Assembly: GCA_030167865.1 (NCBI GenBank)
Contig: JALAGF010001711.1
Span: 1-55,108 of the forward strand
Length of the DNA stretch: 55,108 nucleotides
Origin: Craspedostauros australis
Lineage: Eukaryota
Direction: 5' to 3'
In this document: positions 35,224 through 46,911 of the stretch, piece after piece
Layout: each line of letters starts with the position of its first letter
Position numbering within the stretch: position 1 is the first letter of the stretch
Position numbers and translations under genes: made by a program
Notes under the pieces: model-generated
Seen by the model: only the letters and a program-made list of their open reading frames with translations
The model's database searches: none
Told to the model about the DNA's origin: nothing

Positions 35224-38200
35224 ATGAGCAAACACAACGGCACGGCGGACGATGGCGCGGAAGCGTCCACAAATGGGACCTCGTCCGACAGCCAGAATCC
35301 GGAAGACGCAGCAGCGTCACCGGCAGACATCAACGACAAGGATGATGCCGCCGCAAAGGACGGCAAAGACAACAGCGATGGCAAGAGGAAGATTTCCAGC
35401 GCGGATTGGCCGCTGAAGAACATCAAGGAACCCCACGAGAACGATGTCATGTACGGCCGCGGTGGCGGTACCAACCACCATCCTGGCAACAAGCGATACC
35501 GCAAGCTCGTGGAGGAACGCAAGGTCGACTACGTCATGAGCAAGCGTCTCGACAAGCCCCTCGTGGCGCTCGACATCATCCGCCAATGGAGGGCGCAGGA
35601 TCCGCCGGGCCGATTCCTCAAGCTCGACGACAGCACGGGCCTCTGGAACGACGTCGGCGACAAGAAGGCCAGGGAGAAGACGTCGCAGGCGCTGCGTGAA
35701 AAGGCCCCGTCCATCCGCAAGCAGCAGGAGGAGGAACGCAACGCCAAGATCGTCGAGGTGCCGCTCAATGGACAGGTGAGGAATGATCGTGTCATTGCAT
35801 GTCATGTCGGTTTGCTTTCGTTTGCTTTGCGGTTGTGAACGCGAGTGAGAATGGATCATGGCGTATTCGAGGAGTGAAGACGCTGGATGATGGACTGTGA
35901 TGTGCGGTACAGCGAGCATGCCTTTGATCAATCCGCCTCAAACTTTGTTTTCTCCTCTTTTCCACCTCCTGACTCGTATGCAATTACATTTGTTCACCAT
36001 CTCGGCCACACACGCATCTTGTGCACAATCACCAATCAACCAATCGCCTTCGTGTCGCGGTGTGTTTCTCCACACGGAAAACGCAACTCAAAATGGCGCC
36101 AAATGGGGAATGAATCACCACTCCGCCCACTCTTGTTCACCATCACTTCTTCATCACGCACATCACATGGACATGCCAAACGCACTCGTACACAACCGCA
36201 CTCGTACACAACCGTACCATGCACACTCGTGATGATCATTGCAAATCAACAGAACGGAAGCGCCAGCAGGTCACCTTCACGACCAGATGGGAACAACAAG
36301 ATGGAAGTAGATCAAGGAGGCCAGGTCAAGCGACCATTGCTTGCGCGCGATCACACCTTCGGCAGAGAGTTCTTCGGCGAAGGCGAGAAGCTCTCGCTTG
36401 ATCGGTTTTCGTGGCAGGAGCCGTTCCAAAGCAGCAGGAGCATATCCTTCAGCAGCATGGGGTCGTTGCCTGGGATTTCAGCCGCGGCAAGAAGCGGAGC
36501 GCAAACGAGCAGCGGCGGTGGTGGTGGTGCTCCGGTGCATCCCACGGCCCCTCCGCCGCCTCCGCCTCATGCTGTGTACACCGCACCGGCAGGCAGGACC
36601 AGCAGTCACGGCAGCATGGGCATGCACCCGACCTACCACACCAGCGTTGGCGGACCTCCTTCTCACATGCACCCGCCACCGCCGCCTGACTACTACGGCA
36701 GAGTCGCCAGCAACAGCAACGAAGACAGGAGACGTCGATTCTCCAGCGGACGCTTCGAAAGCTGGGGATCCATCGGCTCGTTGAGCAGCCTCCAGCCCTT
36801 CCCCAGCACTGGCAGCATCGGCAATCGCTCCGGTTCCTTCAGCGGGCCCCCGCCACCAGGTCAGCACGGTGCGGGAGGTCCACCGCCGCCACCGGGTGCG
36901 TTCAATCACATCCAGCGATCGGGATCGTGGACGCAGCCTCCCGTACCACCGCTGCCATCGCGCGGTTCAACGCATCAGCGATCCGGCAGCTGGTCCAACG
37001 GCAGAGAGCATTCGCTGCTCATGAATCCGCTCAGCCATGCATCCACGGCGCTTGCCGCATCGCCATTCGACGCGAACGGAGGCAGAACGGGATCGGGCTA
37101 CTGGGCGGCCAATCCTCCCCCTCCACCACCCCCAGGTGCGTACGGAACGTCGATGCCACCGCCACAGGCAGTCATGCCACCTCCCAACGGATACCCCAGC
37201 CCATCCATGTCGCAACAGCAGCAGCAACCACCGCCAATGCAGCAGCCCATGGGACCGTACCGCGAACCCAGCAACAACCTGTCACCGTACGGCGGTCGAT
37301 CGCCGGCCAACAGCAACGGCACCAACAGTCCCAGAACAGATTCCAACATCATCCCACCGGCCCGATCCCATCACAACCGAGGCGGCGACAACGCAGCGGC
37401 AAGTGCCCCGTCCACGCCGAATTACAACGTCGATCTCAGCATCGCAAAGACTTGGTCCGGTGGTGGCGGCGATGTGCGCAGAAGCTGGTCGGGAGAGGAT
37501 CCTGGGGCACCAACGGACTGGAGCAAGGAGCAGTACGAGAGACCGTTGAATGACACGGCCGGTGGACGATCGGCGCGCAATGGCACATCCAGAAGCCCCA
37601 TGCGGGCAGGCACACGCCGCCAACAACAGCAGCAACAACGACACAGGCAACAACAGCCTCCAGCTTCGATGGGATTCGGCAATGATCTTGGCGGCACCGT
37701 TCCAAAGCCAGGCATGGTGAAGCGCGACACCTCCCACCAGAACGAGAGCCGCGAAACCAAGCCGTCGATCAAGCGCGCGACTCTGAGTCGCGACCAAAGC
37801 GAAACGTCGAACAGGCTGAAGCAGCAGTACCTGCCCGAATTTTACGACGGCGTCAATAACAACGGCGGTGCCAGGTTCGACAAGGAAATCCGCATGCTCA
37901 GCGACAACCTCGAAGAGACCAAGCTGAAGGACAGAGGCAACTTCGCAGACAGCGACGGCAAGCGCGTCAAGCCCAAGCCTCTGGGCAGCGCCGACCGGCT
38001 CAGCACGGTGGACAAGATGACGTTGGCGTTCCTTGACAAACCTGAACCGCTTCTGGAAGACAATCGCACAAGCACGATCGATGCGCTTGACCTCAACCTG
38101 GAAGACGACAATGGCAGCATCTTGCCAGCCTCGGATATGATGCCGTTGCCACCGGATGTCGTGCAAGGATTGAACACCGATGCGGCATCGCCATCAACTT

Positions 38201-38382
38201 CCGCAATGGACCGGCCTTTAGCCATCAAGGAGGAAAGCCGTCTGACTACGATGGACTTTCTGGAAATGGTGAACGAACCCTTGGAGGAAGAACGTGCAGC
38301 AGCCTTGCTCGATGACGACAGCATCAAACCGCTGCCACTCACGAATGAGTCCGTCACCACCAAATGGTTGGCCAAAGTGTGA
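35224..38382 (+). CDS. DUF6824-domain protein (diatom-expanded putative regulator), ~893 aa; exons 35224-35775 and 36253-38382
   Basis: ENDVMYGRGGGTNHHPGNKRYRKLV...DPPGRFLK...WNDVGDKKAREKTSQALRE matches the DUF6824 consensus as I recall it. Phase-0 CAG|GTGAGG donor and CAACAG acceptor join it in frame to the Pro/Ser/Gly-rich ORF. Confidence 0.85.
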
Positions 38383-38962
38383 TGCCGAGGCGGGCGTGGT
38401 CGCAAGTACCTGGGGAAGAATCAGCCGGCAGCGCAATCTGCGAAGTAATGGAAGATATTATAGATAATACAACAATGTTAAGTGGTACAATGATAATACT
38501 GTCGTGATCAAGCCCTTCGTTTCCCTGGGGCAGTGTTGTAGCTGTTGCGTTTGTTGAGTTGGTCCAATTGGCGACGAAATTGTGGAGACGTTTTGTCATC
38601 ACCTGCGAGATGATCTAAACACTTCAACTCCGAGATCGAACAACGGAACGCCCAAAGTCAGAGATTGATCAAGTTCCGTCTCATGCAATACTTTGAATAC
38701 ACGGTGATTGTGAAAAGTACCTCCATGTATGATATCATATTGTTTAATATGGTGTCGTGTAGTGTGATGAATCGTGTTTCGTGTGTAATCATGAATGCAT
38801 TTATGGCGTCAGTTTGTCTCCCACCCCCAACGCTGGGGGAGAGATTGCAGCTAAATGCTAGTTGCGATCTACCAACGCCTCACATGTGGTTGTGTATCAC
38901 GGTACTTCTTCCTTGGGTGACGCATACCGGCACATGTGTACTCGTGTGTGCCCATTCCACTG

Positions 38963-41900
38963 CTACTGGATGCAGCAGTGTACCGAGTTGCGTCTCTTCT
39001 GCTTGTCCTTCTTCCCTTTCTTGTTCTTGCTCTTCTTCTTCTTCTTTTGCTTCTTTCCAATGCTGCCACCAGTACCACCATCTGGCTCCGTCGCTTTGGT
39101 CGGCTGCGTCTTGGCAGTCTCCTCGTCACCATGGAAGGGGGCACCGCATTTCTCATGATCGTTCGGAATTTCACGTGGCGTCAAATTCGTGGCAGTGGCC
39201 GGCGTTCCGTTTGGTTCCAGCTTCTTCTGATCCGTCTTGGGCAAGTCCAACGAAGGCAACGGCGGTCCGCTGGACAGCGGGATGCCTTCACCGTACTCCT
39301 CCTCTTCAATGTCATCGTGAATGTCATCATCCTCCTCGTCCTCAATATCGCTGCTGTCTTCTTCGCGGAGGCTGATGCCCGAACACGACGACATGGCGGA
39401 TGGTTGCCGATTCACATCGCGCTGCGCGTGGATGGAGACGCCCGTTGGCGAATCATTGACTACGAAGGATCGAGAGGATTCGTCGTAGGATGTGTCGTCG
39501 ATCTCGTTGCTGAAAGCGACCGAGTTGGGTTCTGCACGGCGATGATTCCCACCGTGTCCGCGGTGTTGATGGCCGACAGAACCGTCGTGAGAATGGCTGG
39601 ATCCCATCGACGGGAAGCGGAGGTTCATCCGCAGTCCGTTGGGCATGTGCTTGCAAAACCCCTTCTGATGAGAAGACGAGGATGCGGATTGCGTTGTTGT
39701 GGATGTCGCATTGCCTCCGCCAGCCCCTGATCGATGCTTGTCACCGACCAACCGACCGCGCAGACCTTCTTGAATCTTCTTCGTTCCCTGATGCAGCGTC
39801 TTGCTGGCGGATTGCAGCAGCACGCGGGGAACCTTCTTCACGATTCGGAACGCAGCCTTGATATCTTCCTCATTGAGCACGATCTTGCGTTTGTTGGATC
39901 GCGCCAGTTCGGAGGACAGCATGCGTATGCGCTGCCATCGAGCATTCTGCAAGAAGGGGTGCTTCAAGCATTCGCCGACGCCGGCGCGTTTGGTGGGGTC
40001 CTTTTCCAACGCTCGTTTCAGCAGATCCACCAAGGAATCGCTGAGACCCAACCCCGAGTAATCAATCTCGTCGTTCACGATCTGATCAAACAGCTCGGTG
40101 GGACTCTCGGAATAGAACGGCAGCCGACCGGTGACGAAGATGAAGAGACAAATGCCTGCCGCCCAAATGTCGGCGGCATAGCCCGAAAATGCCTTGGATC
40201 CAGTGCCTTCCCTGCGCTTGCAGATCTCCGGCGCCCAAAAGCACCACGTACCCTCCGTCTTGGATATGAGTCCATGGTTCGGCATGCGCGGCATGACCAG
40301 CGCGGTCTCCGTGTCCGAACGCGTGAGGAAATGTGGATGATGCGGCGGTGAGCCGATCTCGTCTTGGGCTGTTTCGGATGCGGAAACGTCGCCATCCACG
40401 GCGCTGGAAAGAGCCAAGCTGGCATTGCCGCTGCTGCTGCCGCTGGTATGCTTGGGCATCAATCTTCGTCGCAAAGAAATGCCTCTGTTGCTGCTTTCCT
40501 TTTTGCTGAGAATCGGCATCGACGGACTCATGGGGAGGAACTTGGATCTCATGGAATGCGCATCTCGGTTGGGATCATGCACGCTGGATGGAGTCTTCAC
40601 CATCCCAAGTGCAGGCGACGTCAATGCCGATGCCGAGTGCGAAAATTCATGCAACTTGTGCTGCCGATGGGGCGTCGTGATTTTGGGCGTGCTTGCCGGT
40701 GTTGTGGGTGGCGTGATGTTGGGAGACGAAGCTGGTCGATCTCCCGACAGCGAAGACATCTTCTTGTGCAGCATCGGCCGTGAATGGTTGGAGTGTTCGG
40801 ATGTGGCGGCCGCGGTCTTGCCATGACTCTTTTGGCCAAAGCTGCTGTCATCGTCACCTGAATCCACAAAGCACATATCCGATTCCTTCTCGAACAAGTG
40901 CGAAACGCCAAAGTCAGCCAGCTTCGCCACGCCGCGCGCATCGAGGAGGATATTTTCTGGTTTGAGATCGCGATGGATGACATGATGCTGATGCAAGTAG
41001 GCCAGACCGTGCAGGATATCGACGAAGTAGAATGCGGCGTGCTTCTCATCGAAGTGCCCATCGACCAGGCTCGCATCCGGAGACAAGATGTCCTTCATCT
41101 GACCGCGCCTGTGCGACGATGAGGAATGCGGCGAGAATGGATTCTGCCGGCGATGGCTGCTGCCTCGACTTCTCCAGCTGCTGAAACCGCTGGTATCGGA
41201 AGCGTTGTCGCTCTTGACTTTGCGATGGAATGTGCCAGTTTCTTCCTTGTAGCTGAGGATCTCGCCCAGCGGCATGTACTCCAGGACCATGTAGAGCATG
41301 TCGGATTCGGGTGAATCCAGCACGTCGTACATGCGGATGATGTTGGGATGGGACAGCTTCTTCATGAGCGCAACCTCCTGTTCGACTTGATCCAACGCGG
41401 TGGAAACCTGCATGCGGCGTCGCTGTCCCTTGGCAACCACCATGGTTCTCTTGCGCTTCAAGAGCGACTTGTTGAAGATCTTGACTGCGACCATTTCATC
41501 TGGCTCGGCAAGGCTGTTCTTCCTCCGCCTTCTGCCGTGGCTGCTGCTGGTGGTGGTATGATTGTTGCCAGTGTCATCAAGTTCTGTCATATCAAACGAC
41601 CGTCCCCCGCGCATGGAATAGAATTGCTGTGCCGCACTGGCGTGGTTGTCATTGTTGTGATGGTCGCCCCACTTGATGGTGGAAGTTTTCTCCGTTCTCG
41701 TTTCATCCGCTTTCGCATTTAGATTGTCGGTTGCGTCAATTTTTGGATCGGCCTCCGTCTTCGCATCGCCGCCAAAGAGATCGCTGCCCGTCGGCGCGGA
41801 CAGACTCTTCAATCGCCGCCGTCTCTCCCGCCTGCTCTTTTTGGGTGGCGTTTGGTCGTTGCTGGGTTGTTCTGCGGATTGAAGGGACGAATCGAAGGAA

Positions 41901-42601
41901 GTCGTCTTTGCCTGCTGCGGTGTGGTGTGCTTGGGGTTCTTCTTGAGACTGGAGATGCCTTGGCTGTGCTGGCTGCCGGCGCTGTCGTGCTTGCTGATGC
42001 CATGACTGCTTGAACTCAACGTCGTTGGCTGCGCGTTCGTTTGCTGATCCGAGTTGGAGTAGTCGTCGGAATAGCGTCTCGCCTGCTTACGTCGTCGTCC
42101 TGCGCGCCAGCCGTAGCCGGTGTTGTTGTTACTGCTGCTGATGCTGGTGTTATTGCTATTGCTCGTGCTGTCGAAGCTGTTTGGAGTTGCGACCAGGTTT
42201 GGGGTGGTCGCAGAAGGGGTGGCGATGGGTTGGATGCGACGTGCGAGCCGCACAGTTCCGTAGGCGCCCTTCCCGAGAACACCGTCGACGAAGATGAGAT
42301 TCCCGACACGACAGACATTGCCTTCGTCGTCGTAGTCTTCGTTGAGGGAGGAGGTGGAATGCTGCAGCGTCATGTGCGCGTTGGAATGCGACCGTGAATT
42401 AGGTGAGAGCGGTGGCGGTCTGCTGGCCGCGGTGCGGAATGGAGACTGCGGCAACTGCGCGTGCGAGGCGTTGAGGAAATCATCCTGGCTGTTGATGGAG
42501 TCATGGTTGTTGCTATTGCTGACGTTGCTGTTGTTGGTGTGGTTGATGCTGGTGCTGTTGTTCCCGGTGGCAAAGTCGCTCGTCGGGGATGAGGAAGCCA
42601 T
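38963..42601 (-). CDS. Ser/Thr protein kinase, CAMKK/SnAK(GRIK)-like, ~1212 aa, with large low-complexity inserts and polybasic-CaaX C-terminus
   Basis: LGKGAYGTV, VAVKIFNKSLLKRKR, EVALMKKLSHPNII, HRDLKPENILL, LADFGVS, GTWCFWAPE and ADIWAAGICLF motifs; ends KKQKKKKKSKNKKGKKDKQKRRNSVHCCIQ. The ORF-track start is GTG; first ATG is 42601. Confidence 0.92.
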   Translation of the reverse strand: MASSSPTSDFATGNNSTSINHTNNSNVSNSNNHDSINSQDDFLNASHAQLPQSPFRTAASRPPPLSPNSRSHSNAHMTLQHSTSSLNEDYDDEGNVCRVGNLIFVDGVLGKGAYGTVRLARRIQPIATPSATTPNLVATPNSFDSTSNSNNTSISSSNNNTGYGWRAGRRRKQARRYSDDYSNSDQQTNAQPTTLSSSSHGISKHDSAGSQHSQGISSLKKNPKHTTPQQAKTTSFDSSLQSAEQPSNDQTPPKKSRRERRRRLKSLSAPTGSDLFGGDAKTEADPKIDATDNLNAKADETRTEKTSTIKWGDHHNNDNHASAAQQFYSMRGGRSFDMTELDDTGNNHTTTSSSHGRRRRKNSLAEPDEMVAVKIFNKSLLKRKRTMVVAKGQRRRMQVSTALDQVEQEVALMKKLSHPNIIRMYDVLDSPESDMLYMVLEYMPLGEILSYKEETGTFHRKVKSDNASDTSGFSSWRSRGSSHRRQNPFSPHSSSSHRRGQMKDILSPDASLVDGHFDEKHAAFYFVDILHGLAYLHQHHVIHRDLKPENILLDARGVAKLADFGVSHLFEKESDMCFVDSGDDDSSFGQKSHGKTAAATSEHSNHSRPMLHKKMSSLSGDRPASSPNITPPTTPASTPKITTPHRQHKLHEFSHSASALTSPALGMVKTPSSVHDPNRDAHSMRSKFLPMSPSMPILSKKESSNRGISLRRRLMPKHTSGSSSGNASLALSSAVDGDVSASETAQDEIGSPPHHPHFLTRSDTETALVMPRMPNHGLISKTEGTWCFWAPEICKRREGTGSKAFSGYAADIWAAGICLFIFVTGRLPFYSESPTELFDQIVNDEIDYSGLGLSDSLVDLLKRALEKDPTKRAGVGECLKHPFLQNARWQRIRMLSSELARSNKRKIVLNEEDIKAAFRIVKKVPRVLLQSASKTLHQGTKKIQEGLRGRLVGDKHRSGAGGGNATSTTTQSASSSSHQKGFCKHMPNGLRMNLRFPSMGSSHSHDGSVGHQHRGHGGNHRRAEPNSVAFSNEIDDTSYDESSRSFVVNDSPTGVSIHAQRDVNRQPSAMSSCSGISLREEDSSDIEDEEDDDIHDDIEEEEYGEGIPLSSGPPLPSLDLPKTDQKKLEPNGTPATATNLTPREIPNDHEKCGAPFHGDEETAKTQPTKATEPDGGTGGSIGKKQKKKKKSKNKKGKKDKQKRRNSVHCCIQ

Positions 42602-42811
42602 CGGAGAGATGGTTGGTTGCTGTCTCTCTGGGTTCTTCTGGGTTGGCACTCGGACGCAGATTGGAAGCTGACAACCAATGCTACTCTCGTATTATATGCT
42701 CTATCTGCAGCCGCCTCCTGTTTGTCTGTGTGATGGGATTGTGGATTGTGGGATAAGATTCCACTCAACTCAACTCGACAATGCTGTGTGTTGTGAACGC
42801 AGTGATGATTT

Positions 42812-42847
42812 CTGTGATGGGTCTGTGATGGGTCTGTGATGGGTCTG
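42812..42847. repeat. 11-bp tandem repeat (CTGTGATGGGT)x3 upstream of the kinase
   Basis: Read directly. Confidence 0.85.
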
Positions 42848-44320
42848 CGGTTTGTCGTGAGGAACGCGATGATCAGTGAGCGTGGATACAGTATGGTTGG
42901 TATGTGTAGTAGTAGTATGGGTTTGGGTATTAGAATAGTATGGTATTCCTGAGCGCTTTGCTCGGTCTCTCTTGTTCTGTCGACTTTGGTCCGGTTCGGG
43001 ATGGCAGACAGAAAGCAGAAGGAGGCGATGCACTGGTCGACTCTGTGCAGATCAGAGAAAGCCCAATCAACCGATGGACGGTGCCAGTCCGTCCACCAGC
43101 CCACCAAAGAAGCGGAGCGCGCCAAGCGGGGCAGCGATGTTTGTGCGCGGCGGAGGCTCTCTTTGTCTGCGGATGTGCTTCTTGAGGGTCTTTCTCAAAG
43201 CGGATGTGAGTGTTGCTGTGAGTGTTGCTGTGGTGGGTGCTGTGATGGACAAAGGAAAGTAGAATAGTATACTCTTTGTATTTTAATAGGAGAATTTGGT
43301 GATGTGCAGATCGTAGAGTAGGTGTTGTCGTTGCGAAACAGAGATGTCGTGGTCGTTGTGGACTCTGTGTAGTACGAGTATCGGAATGGTCGAGAGATCG
43401 TATTCCAGAGAGTGAAGTTCAGCGTCGATGGCCAAGCAATGCTTTGCGGTTGTCCTCTGCGCAAGACGACGTCCTTTGTCCTGGCTTGTCGAAGGCAATG
43501 GAGGCGACAACAACAACGACGACGACAACGAGGCGCTGTGATGGCGATGTGTGTTGCATGTGCAGGCGGACAGCCATGCGACGTTGTCTGCGTTGTGACC
43601 AAAATCATCAACGATGTCTCGCAGAACGATGTTCTGCTTCCGATCTGCAAAACGGTGCAAATACGGTCGACGTTCGATGTAGTACATATTGTACACAGAC
43701 CATACACAAAAATAGGGCGAATTTCGATAACTGGTGTTTAGATGAAGATGTAGGTATCTTGAAACACGAACGATCCCCACGCATGAGCGACCACGATGCG
43801 AACACCAACGAAAGTCTTCGCAGAGAAGACATCAAAATTACGAAGCAGCGAAGCGGACGGCAGCGAACGAACGCGACTCAGAACATCTCTCTCTGTCTGT
43901 CTGTTCGTGGATCAGCGATCTCTCCATGCAAAGCAGGCACCGCCAACAACTGTTGCCATCGTCATCGTCATCAGCGCTCCTCATTCTCGTCACAATCCTC
44001 AAGAGACGCTGCACAACCACATCCATCTCTTCCATCCCATCCCATCTCACTCCACCACAAGAACAGGCTGCCGAAGATACGAGCGCAGCAGGAAGAGAAG
44101 CAAGTCGAATAGAGCAAGAAGGTGCGGAGCCTTCCAAGCAAGGTGACACAGGCCTCCTGTCTCTCTTTCTCTCTCTCTCTCTCTCTCTGACAAGTGGAAC
44201 TACGACTCCACAGCTTCCGTCGGAACAGAATCACAACCACCTCCGCAAAACAGCCACACGACAAACGCGAGGCAAACTATGAGGCCCCACGCCCCCAGAC
44301 TCCACCCCATACAAGCGACA

Positions 44321-45652
44321 ATGAAGAACACCAGCATGTTGATGCTGGTTGTGACTCTGCTGTCCTTCAGTCGTGCGGCACATGCAATCCCGGAGACTGC
44401 CAATGCCAATCCACTCAATCTCCCACGGAAGCTCGATGCAGAATCGCGTCACTTGAAGGGATCCTCCCACAACACCCACGCGAACGAACACACACAAGAA
44501 GACGTCGCACATGCACATGCTTCAGACGATATCGACGTGACCGGCGGCGACGCCATGTTGCAAATGCATCACCACGACTCCGAGCGACACCGCCGCGACG
44601 AGAAACAGTTCATGATCACCTTCTTCTTCTCCATGATGGCCATGTTCGTATGCGCCTGCTGCTTGGTGCGCTTCCACATGTTCTTCGATGAGGCCGAACG
44701 CGATTACTTCCGTGAGCAGGATGAGCGCGATCGCCGCGAGCTCGAACGTCAGCGCCGTCGCAGAACGCGTCGTCGCAAGTTGACGAAACAGCAGATCAAG
44801 GACAACTTCCCCGTCTTCGCCGTGTCCGAAAACAAGGAGCTGCGGCGTGTATCCGGCAGTCTCTTTCCCACGAACCGGGCGCCCAACACGCACGCCGATG
44901 CGACGGCGGCGGAGCCGCTGCTGGCGGACGAGACGGGCGGCAGCGATGTTCTGGCGCTTCCCGATCAACTCTCAGTGCCGCTCGATCAGTGCACGATCTG
45001 CCTCGACGACTACGAGACCGGCTGCAAGGTCCGCGTCCTGCCGTGCCACCACACCTTCCACTCCAAATGCATCACGAAGTGGTTGGCGGAGCGCTCCGCC
45101 ACGTGCCCGCTGTGCAAGGAGGAGTTCCTGCGTCCCACCGACGAAGAACTGCAGGCGACGCAGGAGCAGGAGGAGCGAGAGTGGTTGGAACGGCGCAGGC
45201 AGCGGCGTCGCGCCCGTCCGCGGCGGAACGATGCGACCGTCGTGTCGGGTTCCTCCTGGTTCGGTTGGTTGACGCCGTCCTCGTCGTCGCAGACAACTAC
45301 AGCACCGACCGAAGCGACGAGTCAAGACAATAACACTACTGACGCCGATGCTTCGGACGATCCGGCCACTGTCGACAATCATGCCACCACGGACGATCCC
45401 GAAACCGCCAATGAAGAACCAGAAAGCGCACGAGGTTTGGAACTGTTGCAGCGGCAGAGGCGGCGTCAAGAGAGACGGCAACGACGCGCGCAACGTCACG
45501 AGCAGTGGCAGCAGCGCATGAGGACGGCGATGGGGCGCAACAACCAGCCGTCCAACGAATTGGCCGAGCCGTTGTTGACGGAAGGTGAAAATGTTGAAGA
45601 CGTTGCTGGTGAAGAGCAACCGCAAGAAGGGCAGGAACAGGAAGCGGTGTAG
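44321..45652 (+). CDS. Membrane-anchored RING-H2 E3 ubiquitin ligase (ATL/RNF13-like architecture)
   Basis: Signal peptide MKNTSMLMLVVTLLSFSRAAHA, TM helix FMITFFFSMMAMFVCACCLV, and RING-H2 CTICLDDY...LPCHHTFHSKCITKWL...CPLCK. An upstream in-frame ATG exists at 44279. Confidence 0.9.
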   Translation: MKNTSMLMLVVTLLSFSRAAHAIPETANANPLNLPRKLDAESRHLKGSSHNTHANEHTQEDVAHAHASDDIDVTGGDAMLQMHHHDSERHRRDEKQFMITFFFSMMAMFVCACCLVRFHMFFDEAERDYFREQDERDRRELERQRRRRTRRRKLTKQQIKDNFPVFAVSENKELRRVSGSLFPTNRAPNTHADATAAEPLLADETGGSDVLALPDQLSVPLDQCTICLDDYETGCKVRVLPCHHTFHSKCITKWLAERSATCPLCKEEFLRPTDEELQATQEQEEREWLERRRQRRRARPRRNDATVVSGSSWFGWLTPSSSSQTTTAPTEATSQDNNTTDADASDDPATVDNHATTDDPETANEEPESARGLELLQRQRRRQERRQRRAQRHEQWQQRMRTAMGRNNQPSNELAEPLLTEGENVEDVAGEEQPQEGQEQEAV

Positions 45653-46311
45653 GATTATTTAGCGATTCCATGTGGACGAACGACCCGGATGATGATAATG
45701 ATGATGTGAATGTTCACGTGACGACACCACTAATCTCAATGTGTAGATTAGGCTATTTCGAAATTCAAACGAGCGGCAAATGGGAAATGTCGCAGCAATG
45801 TCACAAACGACGCGGAGTGCACACGTTCGCGCGGAACGGGCGTGTTCTCTATTGAGCACACAGTGGCACACACCCAACAAGACTGCGCAACAACGCGCAG
45901 TTCGCAATTGTATCTGGTTGCGAGAAAGGATGTCTCTGGTTTCTTCCCAAAGCTTCTCGAATCGCCACCATCGATTGTCATTGTTCTTCTTGGTCATCGC
46001 TGCGAGACACGCTGCGCTTTGCATCTTGCCGTCCATTTCGCGTTTCCTCCCTTGTTTCCCGTCTGGCCAAGAAAGGAGACACCAAACACAACATCACTGT
46101 GTATCACGTGAACGTAGATTGCATCCAAGCAATCGCCATTCATCACTTGCACATTCTCTGAAGAATACCATCCTCGTACTCGTAGACAACTGTTCATCCT
46201 CTCATAATAGCAACAACGGCAATACCAATACTCGTACGAATAGGAATACGATCTATTATAATAGTAATTATATAATAGAACAAGAAGAATAACAAGAATA
46301 ATAATTCCACG

Positions 46312-46911
46312 ATGAGCAACAACTGGGCACAAGCAGACACTCCGGATTGGCTGGAGAAGAACGAGGACAACGGCGGCGGTGAGCGCAAGTCCTGGACTCC
46401 GGCATCCACCAACACCAACGACACGGACCGCGACAACAGCAACCGCGATCTCGAAGCCAACACGCGCACTGCGACCACAGGCGACGACGACTCGCAGAAG
46501 AACGGCATCTGCCAGGGCCTCTCCGTCTCCTTCATCTCGCTCTGCTGCTTGGGATGCTTCGGATTCGCCGCCTGGACGAGCCGCAACGACGGCGTCGCCA
46601 CGTACATCCAATGGGTCGCCTTCTACGTCCTGCACGCCATCATCGCGCTGCTGGCCCTGATGCATTACTTCTGCTGCTTCCCCACGTCCGTCATTTACAG
46701 TCTGGCCTCAAGCGCCGCCATCTGGGCAGCCGTCTACATCGTCCTCGAGACGCTGCAATTCCGCAAGGTGCTGGACAAGGACGATCGCGGCAATGATGAG
46801 CTGCGTGAGGCCACGGTCGAACTGGCGGGGGCATGCGTCGCATTCGCGTCGGCGATCTTTCACATGTGCGTCGTGCGGTGCTGCAAGGGCAAGGACAAAC
46901 GCGACGACTGA
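46312..46911 (+). CDS. Small multi-pass membrane protein, TMEM220-like
   Basis: About four hydrophobic segments. FAAWTSRNDG...W..FY and ELREATVELAG resemble TMEM220 motifs from memory; the family call is tentative. Confidence 0.7.
   Translation: MSNNWAQADTPDWLEKNEDNGGGERKSWTPASTNTNDTDRDNSNRDLEANTRTATTGDDDSQKNGICQGLSVSFISLCCLGCFGFAAWTSRNDGVATYIQWVAFYVLHAIIALLALMHYFCCFPTSVIYSLASSAAIWAAVYIVLETLQFRKVLDKDDRGNDELREATVELAGACVAFASAIFHMCVVRCCKGKDKRDD

Noticed and set aside
35887-36252. N-terminal 122 codons of the 831-aa ORF as a separate gene start
   Set aside because: Lies inside the predicted intron 35776-36252; non-protein-like sequence, and splicing joins the remainder to the DUF6824 exon.
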